From Gammaproteobacteria bacterium (GTDB taxonomy: Bacteria > Pseudomonadota > Gammaproteobacteria > Eutrophobiales > Eutrophobiaceae), in contig OZ220714.1 of NCBI GenBank assembly GCA_965116585.1, positions 1,477,088 through 1,541,087 on the forward strand: 64,000 nucleotides of DNA, given 5' to 3'. The position numbers were made by a program, and so were the translations under genes. Shown here piece by piece: positions 1-10,587 of the stretch (the first letter of the stretch is position 1; each line of letters starts with the position of its first letter). The notes below the pieces were generated by a model. That model was not told the DNA's origin and did no database searches. It worked only from the letters and a program-made list of their open reading frames with translations.

Positions 1-441
1 TTTGTAGCCCATGACAGTCTTTCGAAAAGCTGTCGGGATATCCCCCCTTGTTCTGTATTCCCTGTTCCATGGAGACGCCCAGTAATTTTCCCGTTCCGTC
101 ATAGCGCCAGTTGTGATAGGAGCATATCGGAAACTTGTTGTTCCCTCGTAATTCCCTGATTACCCTGGCGCCGCGGTGCGCACACCTGTTGACATAAGCG
201 TTTATCGAATCATCATGTGCACGCTGCAATACGACAGGGGTTGTCCCGATGTAAGTAGTCGTGAAATCCCCCGGGTCGGCAATATCGGCGAGGAGGGCTG
301 ACAAATGCCAGGTCGGCCCCTTGAAAATCAATTCCTGTTCCTGTTCAAAAACCTGCTGGTCGATATAAACATCGCATGGAATGAGCGTATGGTCCGAACT
401 GGGCCAGGATACAAGACGGCTATTTGCAGCTTCTGTGCTCA
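1..441 (-). CDS. Rieske [2Fe-2S] aromatic ring-hydroxylating oxygenase alpha subunit, N-terminal part; the gene runs off the window edge
   Basis: Reverse-strand translation from ATG at 439-441 gives MSTEAANSRLVSW...CAHRGARV...CSYHNWRYDG. CxH-X(15-17)-CxxH is the Rieske cluster ligand pattern. Not in the ORF track because the ORF is cut by the window edge. Confidence 0.55.
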
Positions 442-665
442 TATTTCTTCCAGTGTTTAAGAAAGCTCTGACCCAGAGTTTGATTAAATTACCGCACTCT
501 ACCACGTGTTAAAACACTTGTCTCAACATTTATCTGCTATACTATTCCGAGGATTAACAGGTGCCGGATGTCTTTACTCCATTATCCAGCCATGGGGGGA
601 TTATGTACAACCACAACAGTTTGAAGGGCAAATTTCGGTCTTCTCCGGGCAACCATATACTGTCG

Positions 666-2990
666 ATGTATGGTTTTGTTCTAGTCTGTTTATTCCCCGC
701 TCTGGCATCCGGCCAGGGTGGTGTTCTGGAAGAGGTGATCGTTACTGCGCAAAAACGCGAACAATCACTGCAGGATGTGCCCATTTCTGTTGCGGTCACA
801 TCCGGGGAAAGCATAGAAAAACAGAATTTAACCGACCTGGGCGAACTTGCCGCACAGACACCAAACATCATCATTTCAGATGCGCCGGCCAGCGATCAAC
901 TTTATATTCGCGGCGTTGGCTCCAGTATCAATGGTGGTTTCGAACAATCCGTCGGAACGTTTGTCGACGGCATCTATCATGGCCGGTCCCGGTATTCTCG
1001 CGGCCTTCTCTTTGATGTTGAGCGTGTAGAGTTGCTGCGCGGGCCCCAATCCACTTATTTCGGCAATAATGCCATCGCCGGGGCATTGAATGTCATCACT
1101 CGTAAGCCGGGTGATGAATTCGAAGGGTACGTCAACGTCCTGTTTGAGCCTGACGATGGCGAGAGGAGCGTTGAATTCGCCCTGGGCGGACCCGTGACCG
1201 ATACATTCGGTATCCGCGTCGCTACCAAAATCTATGGTATGAGTGGGTTCGTCAGGGATTTCCATACAGGTGTTCAGGGACCCGACCTGGATGACAAACA
1301 GATACGCGCCACTGCGACCTGGAAACCGACTGACTCGTTTGATGCAACGTTTAAAGCAGAAATTGCAGAGTCTGACGGTGACCGTAACCCACCTTTCCAG
1401 CTCTTTAACTGTCCCCCAGGTCCCCCCTTTCCGGGACCCGGTGGTGGTTGCGCCGTCGCGCTGAGTGTGTTTGGACCACTCAATGACGAGCTGGATACGA
1501 TAGCTGCCGATACACCCGGAGAGTTTACCTCCGCACATACCAGGGAGTACGTCTTAACCCTTAACATGGATTTGTGGAATCACACGTTTACCTCTGTCAC
1601 GGGGTATTCGAACTATGACTATCGCCAGGGTTTTGACGGGGACAGCGTCCCTTTACCTCTGTTAGGCGTCAATTTTAACGAGGATTTTGAACAATACAGC
1701 CAGGAATTCCGTATCACTTCACCAACCGACAATCGATTTGAATATATCGCGGGATTTTATTGGCAAACCAGTGACCTGTTCAACCAGAACAAGATTTATG
1801 CGGATATCGTTACTCCGCTTTTACTCGGGTCACCAGTCGGGCCATTGTATGCTCCATTTCTACCGGTCGGTCCACAAAATGATCTGTTCCAGGATGAAGA
1901 GACTTTTTCACTGTTCGGATCGCTGACTTGGCATGCCACTGATTCTTTACGCGGCACAGTCGGACTACGTTGGACAGACGTACAGAAGGACGGGGTCAAA
2001 AGCCTGTTTATCGGGTCGACAAATGGCGCTGCCGCACTTTCCGGTCCGTTTAAACCCTTGCCGTTTCCGCTCAGCATGTTTCCATTGCCGCCGAGGGGAC
2101 CTGTCGCCGGTGGCCTGGGAACGCCCCACGGACCGGTACCACTGAGCGTATCCAATGACGATGTAACGCCTTCAGTAAATATTCAGTACGATGTGACGGA
2201 AGATGTTATGACGTATTTTTCCTTTTCCCAGGGATTTAAATCGGGTGGTTTCGACGCGCAAAATGTGTCAGGCCCGCCCGACCCGTTGACGTTTGGTCCG
2301 GAAGAAGTGGATGCATACGAGGCAGGAGCAAAGGCAACCTGGTTCGATGGAAGACTTGCCACCAACCTGACCTGGTACCGTAACGAGTATACGGACCTGC
2401 AACAGGCCGTGCTCCAGACGGGGATTACCTTCAATGTAGAAAATGTGGGTAAACTCGTGGTTCAAGGTGTGGAGTTTGATGCGAGCCTCAAGGTGACCGA
2501 CAATCTCACTGTGGATACCGCGGTTGCCTATCTTGATTCTGAATATAAATCTTATCGGGATGGTGGTTGTACCGCCTTGCAGAGCCTACGGTTCGCAATG
2601 ACAAACCCCGGTCAAAGGTGTATGCAGGATCTGACTGGTAAACCCTCGCCGTATTCGCCTGAGTTCAGTGGCTACGTACATGCCCGCCATGTCTTGCCGC
2701 TGCCCCGGGACCTGAGACTCGTGACAGATATCAATGTTTACTTCACCGATGATTTTGAAATTATTTCCGACAACGACCCGTTGGTAACACAGGATTCTTA
2801 TGCAAAACTGGATGCGCGCATCGCCCTGGGCAACCAGGGAGATACCTGGGAAATTGCGGTGGTAGGAAAAAACCTCACAGACAAATACACCCGGCCATTC
2901 GCCAACGATTCGCCGCTCGCATCAGGAACTTTTCAGATGCTGCTTGACCGGCCAAGAAGCCTTGCAATTCAGGGACGATATAGCTGGTAG
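666..2990 (+). CDS. TonB-dependent outer-membrane receptor
   Basis: 809-aa ORF. Internal Met at 666 starts the signal peptide MYGFVLVCLFPALASG. Plug motif EEVIVTAQKREQSLQDVPISV. C-terminal aromatic residue (…RYSW) typical of TonB-dependent receptor barrels. Confidence 0.88.
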   Translation: MYGFVLVCLFPALASGQGGVLEEVIVTAQKREQSLQDVPISVAVTSGESIEKQNLTDLGELAAQTPNIIISDAPASDQLYIRGVGSSINGGFEQSVGTFVDGIYHGRSRYSRGLLFDVERVELLRGPQSTYFGNNAIAGALNVITRKPGDEFEGYVNVLFEPDDGERSVEFALGGPVTDTFGIRVATKIYGMSGFVRDFHTGVQGPDLDDKQIRATATWKPTDSFDATFKAEIAESDGDRNPPFQLFNCPPGPPFPGPGGGCAVALSVFGPLNDELDTIAADTPGEFTSAHTREYVLTLNMDLWNHTFTSVTGYSNYDYRQGFDGDSVPLPLLGVNFNEDFEQYSQEFRITSPTDNRFEYIAGFYWQTSDLFNQNKIYADIVTPLLLGSPVGPLYAPFLPVGPQNDLFQDEETFSLFGSLTWHATDSLRGTVGLRWTDVQKDGVKSLFIGSTNGAAALSGPFKPLPFPLSMFPLPPRGPVAGGLGTPHGPVPLSVSNDDVTPSVNIQYDVTEDVMTYFSFSQGFKSGGFDAQNVSGPPDPLTFGPEEVDAYEAGAKATWFDGRLATNLTWYRNEYTDLQQAVLQTGITFNVENVGKLVVQGVEFDASLKVTDNLTVDTAVAYLDSEYKSYRDGGCTALQSLRFAMTNPGQRCMQDLTGKPSPYSPEFSGYVHARHVLPLPRDLRLVTDINVYFTDDFEIISDNDPLVTQDSYAKLDARIALGNQGDTWEIAVVGKNLTDKYTRPFANDSPLASGTFQMLLDRPRSLAIQGRYSW

Positions 2991-3295
2991 GAAACCTGTA
3001 TAAACAATGCAGTATCAGATATTCCCGGTAGGGTGAAATGCCTTATAATGAATGCTGCTTTGCCCTGAGGATTATGTGCTGCGGTAAACAGAACATTTGC
3101 ATCCAGAAAAATCCGTTTCAATTTTGTCGTTCCAGAGATTTCCTGATTTGTGTACGTTCAAGTTCAGTCAATTGATCTTCTTTATTCCATTGTGCCACCT
3201 GTTCATCATCATAAATTTCGATTTCCATCACCGCGGCAGGTTTGAGGATCAATTCGTCCTTCCGCTCTTCCAGGATAAGCGCTCCCCCTCCTTTG

Positions 3296-5014
3296 CTATG
3301 GTTCCTGCCGCGCATAAACCACTTCACCCTCGATCATTGTTTTCTCAACGCTGACCTTGTGCAATTCTGTCACCGGGATGTTGTAGGGGTCGCGATCCAG
3401 CACGATGAGGTCGGCGAGCAGGCCGGGTTCGATGCGGCCAAGCTGGTCTGCCTTACCCAGGTGTTTGGCCGAGTTTACCGTAAATAAACGGATGGCCTGA
3501 TCCAGTGAAATCGCCTGTTCCTTGCCGAAACTCTGCTCACTGCCACCGGGTTTTTCACGGGTAACCAGCGCCTCAACTGCCACCCACGGATTGACTGAAG
3601 GGACCACCGCCCAGTCCGAGCCCGGCACTACCAGGGCGCCGCCGGCCAGCATGTCCCGCACCGGCCAGACCCGGCGGATACGCTGAGCGCCAATCTCCGT
3701 GGTGATGTCATCATTAATCGGGCTGGGGCTCCATAAATAAGGGGAGACCTCAAAGGTAACGCCTATCATTGACGCCCGGGGAATATCCTCTTCGGATACA
3801 AAAGTGCAATGTCCTACGTCGTGCAATTGACCACTGAAACCATTGGCGTTGCGCGCCGCCTGGAAAGCATTCAAGCCCGCACGGACTGCGGCATCGCCTG
3901 CGGCATGGAATTTTACGGTCAGCCCCATCCGGTCAAAACGGGTGACCGCTTCGTTCAGCACGTCCTGTTGCACCAGCAACATGCCGTAACGGCTGGCCTC
4001 ATCCGCGCGTCCTTCCATAGGTCGGGCATAAGGTTCCAGCATCGCCGCAGTGTGACTGTCGGTAGGCACGCCATCAAGGAAGATCTTGACGCAATCCGTC
4101 GCGACCCGTTCCCGGACATACAGGTTGCGCTTTGCGATCACCTGTTCCAGTTCCTCGTTCTCTTCCTCCCAGTTCAGGCATAACCTGACGCGCTGGCTGA
4201 CCTTGCCGTCATCGGCCAGTTGCGTGTAGAGCTGCATTTCCCGCTCCGTCCCGGCGATAAAACCGGTAGACGCCTCGGTATAGGAAGTGATGCCATGCGC
4301 CAACATCTCATTCATGCTCCATTCCAGCGCTGCGCGTAAATCCTCATCAGAATGAGGCGGCACGTGTTGCCTGACTGTATAGATGGCCGCTTCGCGCAAC
4401 ACACCGGTTGGCTCTCCCGCGTGATCGCGCTCAATAATCCCGCCTTCCGGGTCCGCGGTCTCAGCAGTGATGCCGGCAATGGCCAGCGCCGCGGAATTTG
4501 CCCAGGAACTGTGGCCGCTGGTGTCGTATAACAACACCGGGTTATCCGGGGCGATGGTATCCAGCATGGTCTTGTCCGGCACACGACCTATCGCCGAAGC
4601 ATCCCACTGCCCGCCGGTGATCCATTTGCCCGCGCCCCTGTTTTCAGCGCAGTTCTTGACCAGGGATTGTATCTGTTCCAAGGTCGAACCCTGCGGGATA
4701 TCGCACTCGGACCGGCGGATGCCGGAAAACAGCGGATGCACGTGCATGTCGTGAAAACCCGGCAATACCGTCTTGCCGCCGAGGTCAATGTGCCGGGTTT
4801 GGGCGCCGGCAAGCGCGCCAATGGAGGCCGCATCACCTACGGCCGTAATCACGCCGGTGCGTAGCGCCAGCGCTTCCGCCCTGGGTTGTTCCGGGTTCAG
4901 CGTGTATATGACGCCGTTGGTGAGTATGGTATCGGCCTGTCCGGCCATGGTTGAAGCGTGTCCACACAGCGCTGCCAGCACGACTGCCAGTCTGACGACA
5001 TTCCTGCCCCGCAT
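3296..5014 (-). CDS. Periplasmic metal-dependent amidohydrolase (amidohydrolase-3 family)
   Basis: Likely start MRGRNVVRLAVVLAALCGHAST (signal peptide) with an AGGAAGGAG ribosome-binding site (RBS) upstream. HDMHVHP metal-binding motif. Amidohydrolase fold hallmarks along its length. Confidence 0.8.
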   Translation of the reverse strand: MRGRNVVRLAVVLAALCGHASTMAGQADTILTNGVIYTLNPEQPRAEALALRTGVITAVGDAASIGALAGAQTRHIDLGGKTVLPGFHDMHVHPLFSGIRRSECDIPQGSTLEQIQSLVKNCAENRGAGKWITGGQWDASAIGRVPDKTMLDTIAPDNPVLLYDTSGHSSWANSAALAIAGITAETADPEGGIIERDHAGEPTGVLREAAIYTVRQHVPPHSDEDLRAALEWSMNEMLAHGITSYTEASTGFIAGTEREMQLYTQLADDGKVSQRVRLCLNWEEENEELEQVIAKRNLYVRERVATDCVKIFLDGVPTDSHTAAMLEPYARPMEGRADEASRYGMLLVQQDVLNEAVTRFDRMGLTVKFHAAGDAAVRAGLNAFQAARNANGFSGQLHDVGHCTFVSEEDIPRASMIGVTFEVSPYLWSPSPINDDITTEIGAQRIRRVWPVRDMLAGGALVVPGSDWAVVPSVNPWVAVEALVTREKPGGSEQSFGKEQAISLDQAIRLFTVNSAKHLGKADQLGRIEPGLLADLIVLDRDPYNIPVTELHKVSVEKTMIEGEVVYARQEP

Positions 5015-5125
5015 GTTCTTTCTCCTTCCTGAAAACAGGTTAAAGCAAACTCTGATTAAGCCAGAGGTTCCCGTGATACAGGGATGTATCGCCAAAATCA
5101 ATGACTGTAAGTCGTTGATTTTGAG

Positions 5126-5156
5126 AGCAAAGCAAAAGTCGCATTTTTGCTTTGCG
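5126..5156. promoter_or_regulatory. Near-perfect 12-bp inverted repeat (AGCAAAGCAAAA / TTTTGCTTTGCg) between the second TonB receptor and the amidohydrolase
   Basis: Seen directly in the sequence. No clean U-tract on either strand. Possible attenuator or operator within the receptor-amidohydrolase transcription unit. Confidence 0.4.
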
Positions 5157-5195
5157 TGCTCTGACAAGTCCAGGATGGACTTGTTCAGAGCTTTC

Positions 5196-7538
5196 CTAAA
5201 ATTCATAATCCAGGGAAACCCCGTAAGTAGCCGGCATACCATTCATCCTCACGTAACAACAGTTACTGGTGGACGTTGAGTGCCAGTACTCCTCATTGAA
5301 GATGTTCCGTCCCCAGATCGTCACACCCCAACGGTCGTCTGCCGCGCTCAACCGGGCCCGGGCATTCACCAGGAAATAATCGCTGATGGGCGGCTGGACG
5401 GCGCCGTCGTTATCATCCTTGTAGGAGAAGTCTCCCGCCACCATCATATTCATTGTGCCGGTTACCGGCCATTCATAAGTCAGCGTTCCGTTAGCCTGCC
5501 AGTTCGGCGAGTTTGCCAGATCGGAGCCGGAAGCGTCAAACGTTACCACGGTGGGAAATAGGCTGGCAAACTCATCTATGGCCTCGTATTCCTTGATTTC
5601 CGTATTCAGCCATGCGATACCCAGGTCCAAAGTCAACCCTGTTGTAACCAGCCAGTGCGATTCCATTTCTATGCCAACTGATTCCGATTCGGGCACATTC
5701 GTCAGGCCGGAGATGTTACCTACCGGTGTGACAGCCACGCTGGGCTCCTGCTTGTCTTCATAGTCATAATAGAAGCCGGCAAGGTTCAGTTGCAGCCGAC
5801 CGTCAAACAGTACGGATTTGAAACCTGCCTCGTATGCCGTCAGTGTTTCCGAGGTATACGGTAATAACTGACTGTGAGTCTGGGCCGCCGCGCCGTTGAA
5901 ACCGCCGGACTTGAAGCCTTTTGATACGGTGCCGTAAAGCAGCACGTCTTCTACGGGGCTGTAATCAAGCGTGACTTTCCACATCCATTTGTCGGTAGCG
6001 ATTTTATCGGAAAATACTGCCAGTTGACCGAAAGTGGGCGAACCGGGTCTTTCATCATAAATACCGCAACCATTCGGGGACAGGGGTCCGGGGTCCGGAA
6101 AGCCCTGCGGCACCATGACGAAAGGCGTGAGAATAAAATTCCACAGCGCGCCCAGCGAACCGTCGCCGCCGTCGTAAGTGCAACCACTCCATTCCCGTTC
6201 CTCATCCGTGTAGCGCGCGCCCAGGGTCAGGCGAGCATCCTGAATAAACTCATATTCTATATGAGCAAAGCCGGCAATGGCTTCCGTGGTCTGGTCGTAG
6301 CGGGTGTCGATCTCAAGCCCCGGCGGATTACCGAAAAAGGCGAAAAAGGATTCATCCATGTTGAAGTAATAACTTTCCTTCATCTTATCCCAGGAGTAAT
6401 AGGCGCCAACCAGCCAGTACAGGTTGGAGTCATTGTTTGATGAGATACGTAATTCCTGGGACACGACTTCCAGATCGGTGGTGTTGAGTATATCGGCGTC
6501 CTCAAATGCAACGCCGGACGTGTCAAAGGTTTCTTCCCGCTCAAACTTGTCGTAAGAGCTGATAGTCGTCACGTTTACTGCGCCGACGTCCCAATCCAGT
6601 TTTGCGGAAACACCCTTGAGAGTATTATCACGCTTTGGCGCGGCATCCGGCGACCAGTCGGCCAGCCGGTTCTTTCCTTCGGAAAATATGATATTTCCCG
6701 GGGTGTCCAGGAACAGTGCCGTGGGCAATCCGATGGTTGTTCCGTCGAACGGCGTCGCGGCCATATTATCGGAATTGTCTTCGTACCAATGCAGGTTGAG
6801 AAACAGTGACGCATTCTCATTGATGTCCAGGTCCAGCAGGCCGCGTACGGCAATATCGTCGTACTCTCCCAACCTGTCGCCGGGACGGCTCAGGCTTTTC
6901 TGCCAGCCGTCACCGGCTGACTGGGTGGTTTTCACTGCCACACGGGCGCGGGCTTTATCTGTCAGCGGACCGCTTGCATAGGCTTCGGCATCGATCACGT
7001 CAAAACGGCTGTATCCAAGCTTTATGCCTGCAGCAAATTCATCCGTCGGTTTGCGGCTGACGAAATTGATTTGTCCGGCGGTGGTATTACGTCCGTAGAG
7101 GTCGCCCTGCGGCCCTTTCAGCACCTCCACGCGTTCCACGTCGAACAATACGCCGCGGGTCATGACGCTGTAAGGAAGGTTGACTTCGTCGAAGTACAGC
7201 CCCACGGTACTTGAAGCAGAGGTGGTGTAGTCTGCAAAGCCGACGCCGCGGATGGTATATACGGGAACGCCCTGGGGTTGTGCGTTGGTAACGGTGAGCC
7301 CGGCGGTGATGGTTTCCAGGTCTTCCGCCGATCGCACACCGTAGTTTTCAAGCTGGGCCGCGGTGAATGCGTTGACGGTAATGCCGACGTCGTTGATCCC
7401 TTGCTCGCGTTTCTGCGCAGTCACGATAACCTCTTCGAGCGCGGTCTGCTGACCCGGTACGGAAGCAGGAAAAGCAGCAAACAAAATAATCAAGCAGCAA
7501 GCCAAACTAAGGGAGGAAAATTGGTTCTCGGCTGGCAT
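5196..7538 (-). CDS. TonB-dependent outer-membrane receptor (paralog of 666..2990)
   Basis: 780 aa. Signal peptide. Plug motif LEEVIVTAQKREQGINDVGITV nearly identical to the first receptor. C-terminal YEF. Confidence 0.9.
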   Translation of the reverse strand: MPAENQFSSLSLACCLIILFAAFPASVPGQQTALEEVIVTAQKREQGINDVGITVNAFTAAQLENYGVRSAEDLETITAGLTVTNAQPQGVPVYTIRGVGFADYTTSASSTVGLYFDEVNLPYSVMTRGVLFDVERVEVLKGPQGDLYGRNTTAGQINFVSRKPTDEFAAGIKLGYSRFDVIDAEAYASGPLTDKARARVAVKTTQSAGDGWQKSLSRPGDRLGEYDDIAVRGLLDLDINENASLFLNLHWYEDNSDNMAATPFDGTTIGLPTALFLDTPGNIIFSEGKNRLADWSPDAAPKRDNTLKGVSAKLDWDVGAVNVTTISSYDKFEREETFDTSGVAFEDADILNTTDLEVVSQELRISSNNDSNLYWLVGAYYSWDKMKESYYFNMDESFFAFFGNPPGLEIDTRYDQTTEAIAGFAHIEYEFIQDARLTLGARYTDEEREWSGCTYDGGDGSLGALWNFILTPFVMVPQGFPDPGPLSPNGCGIYDERPGSPTFGQLAVFSDKIATDKWMWKVTLDYSPVEDVLLYGTVSKGFKSGGFNGAAAQTHSQLLPYTSETLTAYEAGFKSVLFDGRLQLNLAGFYYDYEDKQEPSVAVTPVGNISGLTNVPESESVGIEMESHWLVTTGLTLDLGIAWLNTEIKEYEAIDEFASLFPTVVTFDASGSDLANSPNWQANGTLTYEWPVTGTMNMMVAGDFSYKDDNDGAVQPPISDYFLVNARARLSAADDRWGVTIWGRNIFNEEYWHSTSTSNCCYVRMNGMPATYGVSLDYEF

Positions 7539-7679
7539 GTTCTTTCTCCGATATTAACTACGAGTAATTATTCGCATACTGCCGTGTAAAGTCAAGATAA
7601 TTCCTGTATTATTTTGGCTAATCACTCAAACCAGGGGTAGAATTAGCCTGTCCCCATAAATTTACACAGCAAAATAATC

Positions 7680-8321
7680 ATGCAGGAAATCCCGGACGTC
7701 CACCAGAAGCTCTCCGCCAGAAAAAAGCCGTCTCAACCCCGTTCCCAGAAGATGGTGAAAGGTATCCTTGATGCAACTCGCAATCTGCTCTGGAAATCCG
7801 GCACCGCTGAAGTATCTCAGATAACAACCAATCACATTGCCAGGGAAGCGAAAATATCGGTTGGTTCACTCTACCAGTATTTCCCGAACAAGGAGGCGAT
7901 CCTGTTCGAATTGTACCGGGAACTCCTGGGACAGGTCACCCTGGTTCTGGAGAAGTTCAAATCCGAGCCCTGCCTGTCATTGCCGCGGGAAGAATTCTTT
8001 GATCGTTTCTACAGGGAAATGAAAGGCGCCGAGGCCGAGAGCAAAGTGATATTTGAAATGCACAATGCCGTGAAAATCTATCCGGCTCTTGCTGAAGCAG
8101 ACCGGCGCCATGCGGAACTGATCGCCCGGGAAATGGCCGGGTTTATGAAACATTTCGGCTCCCGGTGGCCGATGGAAAAACTGCAACGACTCGCGCTGCA
8201 CGCGTATTACGTCAATTACGGGACCTGGATGTATCGTGATCATGTACGTCCTGACTACGGAGAGGTCCTTGACTGGGAGATCAGCGCGCTGAATTTCATG
8301 ATCTCAAGATGCTTTGATTAG
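7680..8321 (+). CDS. TetR/AcrR-family transcriptional regulator
   Basis: N-terminal helix-turn-helix ILDATRNLLWKSGTAEVSQITTNHIAREAKISVGSLYQYFPNKEAILFELY. Divergent from the receptor-amidohydrolase unit. Confidence 0.85.
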   Translation: MQEIPDVHQKLSARKKPSQPRSQKMVKGILDATRNLLWKSGTAEVSQITTNHIAREAKISVGSLYQYFPNKEAILFELYRELLGQVTLVLEKFKSEPCLSLPREEFFDRFYREMKGAEAESKVIFEMHNAVKIYPALAEADRRHAELIAREMAGFMKHFGSRWPMEKLQRLALHAYYVNYGTWMYRDHVRPDYGEVLDWEISALNFMISRCFD

Positions 8322-8362
8322 CCTGGTACTGTTGCAGCAGGCTGGGCGCAACTAATGAGGAG

Positions 8363-9283
8363 TTGAAAACCATGAGAGCGATAATCGCACCTGTCATATT
8401 TTTTCTCATGCTGTTGAGTTCTACAGCATACGCGGATGCAAACAATCTCCGGGTGGAGATGTTCAAGGGGGAGTTTGCCACGGTGAACTCCTTCATTTTT
8501 TCCAACGGCAAGTCCATCATCGTCATGGACGTGCAGCGCAAGACCTTCGAGGCAAAAAAGCTGGTCGAACGCGTCAGGGCCTATAACCTGCCGGTTACCC
8601 ACATCCTGATCACCCACGGCCACACCGACCACTTCACCGGCATGCCCCTGTTCCGGGACGAGTTCCCCGATGCGAAGATCGTGGTAGCCAATGAAGACAT
8701 CCGCAAGGACATCAAGGCGTATGCCATTTACATGGACGGCTTTGGCGCCACTGCTGCTGAGCCGGTGCTGGAACCGCCCCTGAAACCCAAATCAGCCGAT
8801 AACCCGGACGGGTTCGATTATGAAAACACTATCCAACTGCTTGATGAGAACGTCCTGACCCTGGAGGGCGGCGGCGCCCTGGAATTGACTACGGATTACA
8901 AGCCGGCGGAAGCGGACCACATGACTACGGTCTACAGCCCGGAACTCAACGCCATTTTCCTGTCGGATTTCGGCTATAACCGCGTACATCACTGGCAGGG
9001 CGATGACATCAGTTGGCAGGATATCGCCAACTGGCGGGAAGAACTGCTGCGCATCAAACACGAATACGCCGAGCGTAATCCCACCGTCTATCCGGGACAT
9101 GGTGACGTGGGTGACATGGGCATGTTCGATGACATGGTCCAATACATCGACGACTATACCCGTATCGTACAGGCGGCAAAGAACCGGGAAGAGACCATGG
9201 AGAAAATGACTGCGTTATATCCTGACCACGGCGAGGCGGATTTTTTCCTCAAATACAGTATTCATAACCATATTCCGGAATAG
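8363..9283 (+). CDS. Secreted MBL-fold metallo-hydrolase
   Basis: Signal peptide MKTMRAIIAPVIFFLMLLSSTAYA. HxHxDH motif (ILITHGHTDHFTG). GAGGAG RBS upstream. Confidence 0.85.
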   Translation: MKTMRAIIAPVIFFLMLLSSTAYADANNLRVEMFKGEFATVNSFIFSNGKSIIVMDVQRKTFEAKKLVERVRAYNLPVTHILITHGHTDHFTGMPLFRDEFPDAKIVVANEDIRKDIKAYAIYMDGFGATAAEPVLEPPLKPKSADNPDGFDYENTIQLLDENVLTLEGGGALELTTDYKPAEADHMTTVYSPELNAIFLSDFGYNRVHHWQGDDISWQDIANWREELLRIKHEYAERNPTVYPGHGDVGDMGMFDDMVQYIDDYTRIVQAAKNREETMEKMTALYPDHGEADFFLKYSIHNHIPE

Positions 9284-9404
9284 GCCGGTACTAGCAACGG
9301 TTTGTGGTCAGCTCTGCAAAATTTGTCTGTGTATCATCACTCATGAACAAGGTATGACGGCTGAATATCATCCACTTAATGGTTGAACTTCAGCCATTCT
9401 GCTG

Positions 9405-10580
9405 TTATGTGGTTGATTCCAGAGTCGGGGCGATAAATTTACCCAACTCTCGATAAGGAATCAGCCGGTAACGGTCTGTTTCACGGGCTTGATCGCCAGT
9501 ATAGACTACACTGCCCGTCAGGCAGCGGGCGCCAGCCAGGTCTTGAAAATAGCGAATGCCTTTAAGATAGGAATCGTGCCAGGTTTGTGCAGATTTGATC
9601 TCAAACGGCGCCAGTTCCCGGCCTTGTTGCACCAGCAAGTCCAGTTCATTACCGCGGCTGTCCCGAAAGAAAAACAACCTGGGGTCCACGCCACGATTAA
9701 GCAGTGTTTTCAACGCTTCGACCACTACCATGTTTTCGAACAGGTGTCCCTTCAACGGGTCGCGCCGCATCTGTGTTTCGGTTTCAATACCCAGTAACCA
9801 GGCAGCCAACCCGGGATCAACAAAATACAGCTTGGGCGCTTTGATGATGCGTTTACCGAAATTCTCATAATAGGGTTGTAACCTGAAAATAACGAATGAC
9901 GCCTCCAGCACAGACAACCACTCTGCAATAGTGGCCGACGATACCCCCACGTCATTGGCCAGGGAGGACTGGTTCAGCAGTTGGCCCACCCTGCCGGCGC
10001 ACAGGCGCACGAAATTTTCAAATTTCACAAAGTCCTTTAATTGCACGAGTAAGCGTACGTCCCGTTCAATGTAGGTCTGAAAATAGCTGCGATAGAAGTC
10101 CGCAACAGGAATATCCTGAGCATGCTTGCCCGGCATAAACCCGTTCAGGAGCTCCTGCTCCATACTGACCTTTGCCGACCCCAATTCTTCAAAGCTGAGC
10201 GGTAGCAAGGTTAACAGTGCCGCGCGGCCTGCCAGAGACTGTGAAAGCGCCTGGCTGAGTTCAAGCTGGTGGCTGCCGGTCAGGATGAATTGTCCGTTTT
10301 CAGCATCCTCATCAACAATCGTTTGAATGTAAGACACTATCTCCGGTACTCTTTGCACCTCATCGATAATGACTTTGGAACGGTATTCATTGAGGAACGC
10401 GCGCGGGTCATCCCTTGCATAAACCCGCATATCAGGGTTTTCCAATGAGACATAACGGTATGCGGGGAATGCCAGCTTGCACAGCGTCGTCTTCCCGGCC
10501 TGACGCGGCCCGGTCAAACTGACCACCCGGAATAACCTGGACAGGGAGACTGTTTTATTTATGATCTGGCGGTTGAACAA
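9405..10580 (-). CDS. AAA-family ATPase with DUF4143 C-terminal domain
   Basis: Walker A SLTGPRQAGKTTL. Family-typical length (391 aa). TTG start per ORF track. Paralog at 55321..56802. Confidence 0.78.
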   Translation of the reverse strand: MFNRQIINKTVSLSRLFRVVSLTGPRQAGKTTLCKLAFPAYRYVSLENPDMRVYARDDPRAFLNEYRSKVIIDEVQRVPEIVSYIQTIVDEDAENGQFILTGSHQLELSQALSQSLAGRAALLTLLPLSFEELGSAKVSMEQELLNGFMPGKHAQDIPVADFYRSYFQTYIERDVRLLVQLKDFVKFENFVRLCAGRVGQLLNQSSLANDVGVSSATIAEWLSVLEASFVIFRLQPYYENFGKRIIKAPKLYFVDPGLAAWLLGIETETQMRRDPLKGHLFENMVVVEALKTLLNRGVDPRLFFFRDSRGNELDLLVQQGRELAPFEIKSAQTWHDSYLKGIRYFQDLAGARCLTGSVVYTGDQARETDRYRLIPYRELGKFIAPTLESTT

Positions 10581-10587
10581 GGGAGAA

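Noticed and set aside
506-1029. Three short overlapping ORFs (169, 106, 60 aa) at the 5' end of the first TonB receptor region
   Set aside because: They overlap the clearly real receptor gene and its upstream region and have no motifs or RBS. They are typical high-GC shadow ORFs.
3118-3327. 69-aa minus-strand ORF (…ALILEERKDELILKPAAVMEIEIYDDEQVAQWNKEDQLTELERTQIRKSLERQN) just downstream of the amidohydrolase
   Set aside because: It overlaps the amidohydrolase stop region. I cannot match it to any family and there is no convincing RBS. Possibly a small addiction-module-like gene, but the evidence is too weak to call.
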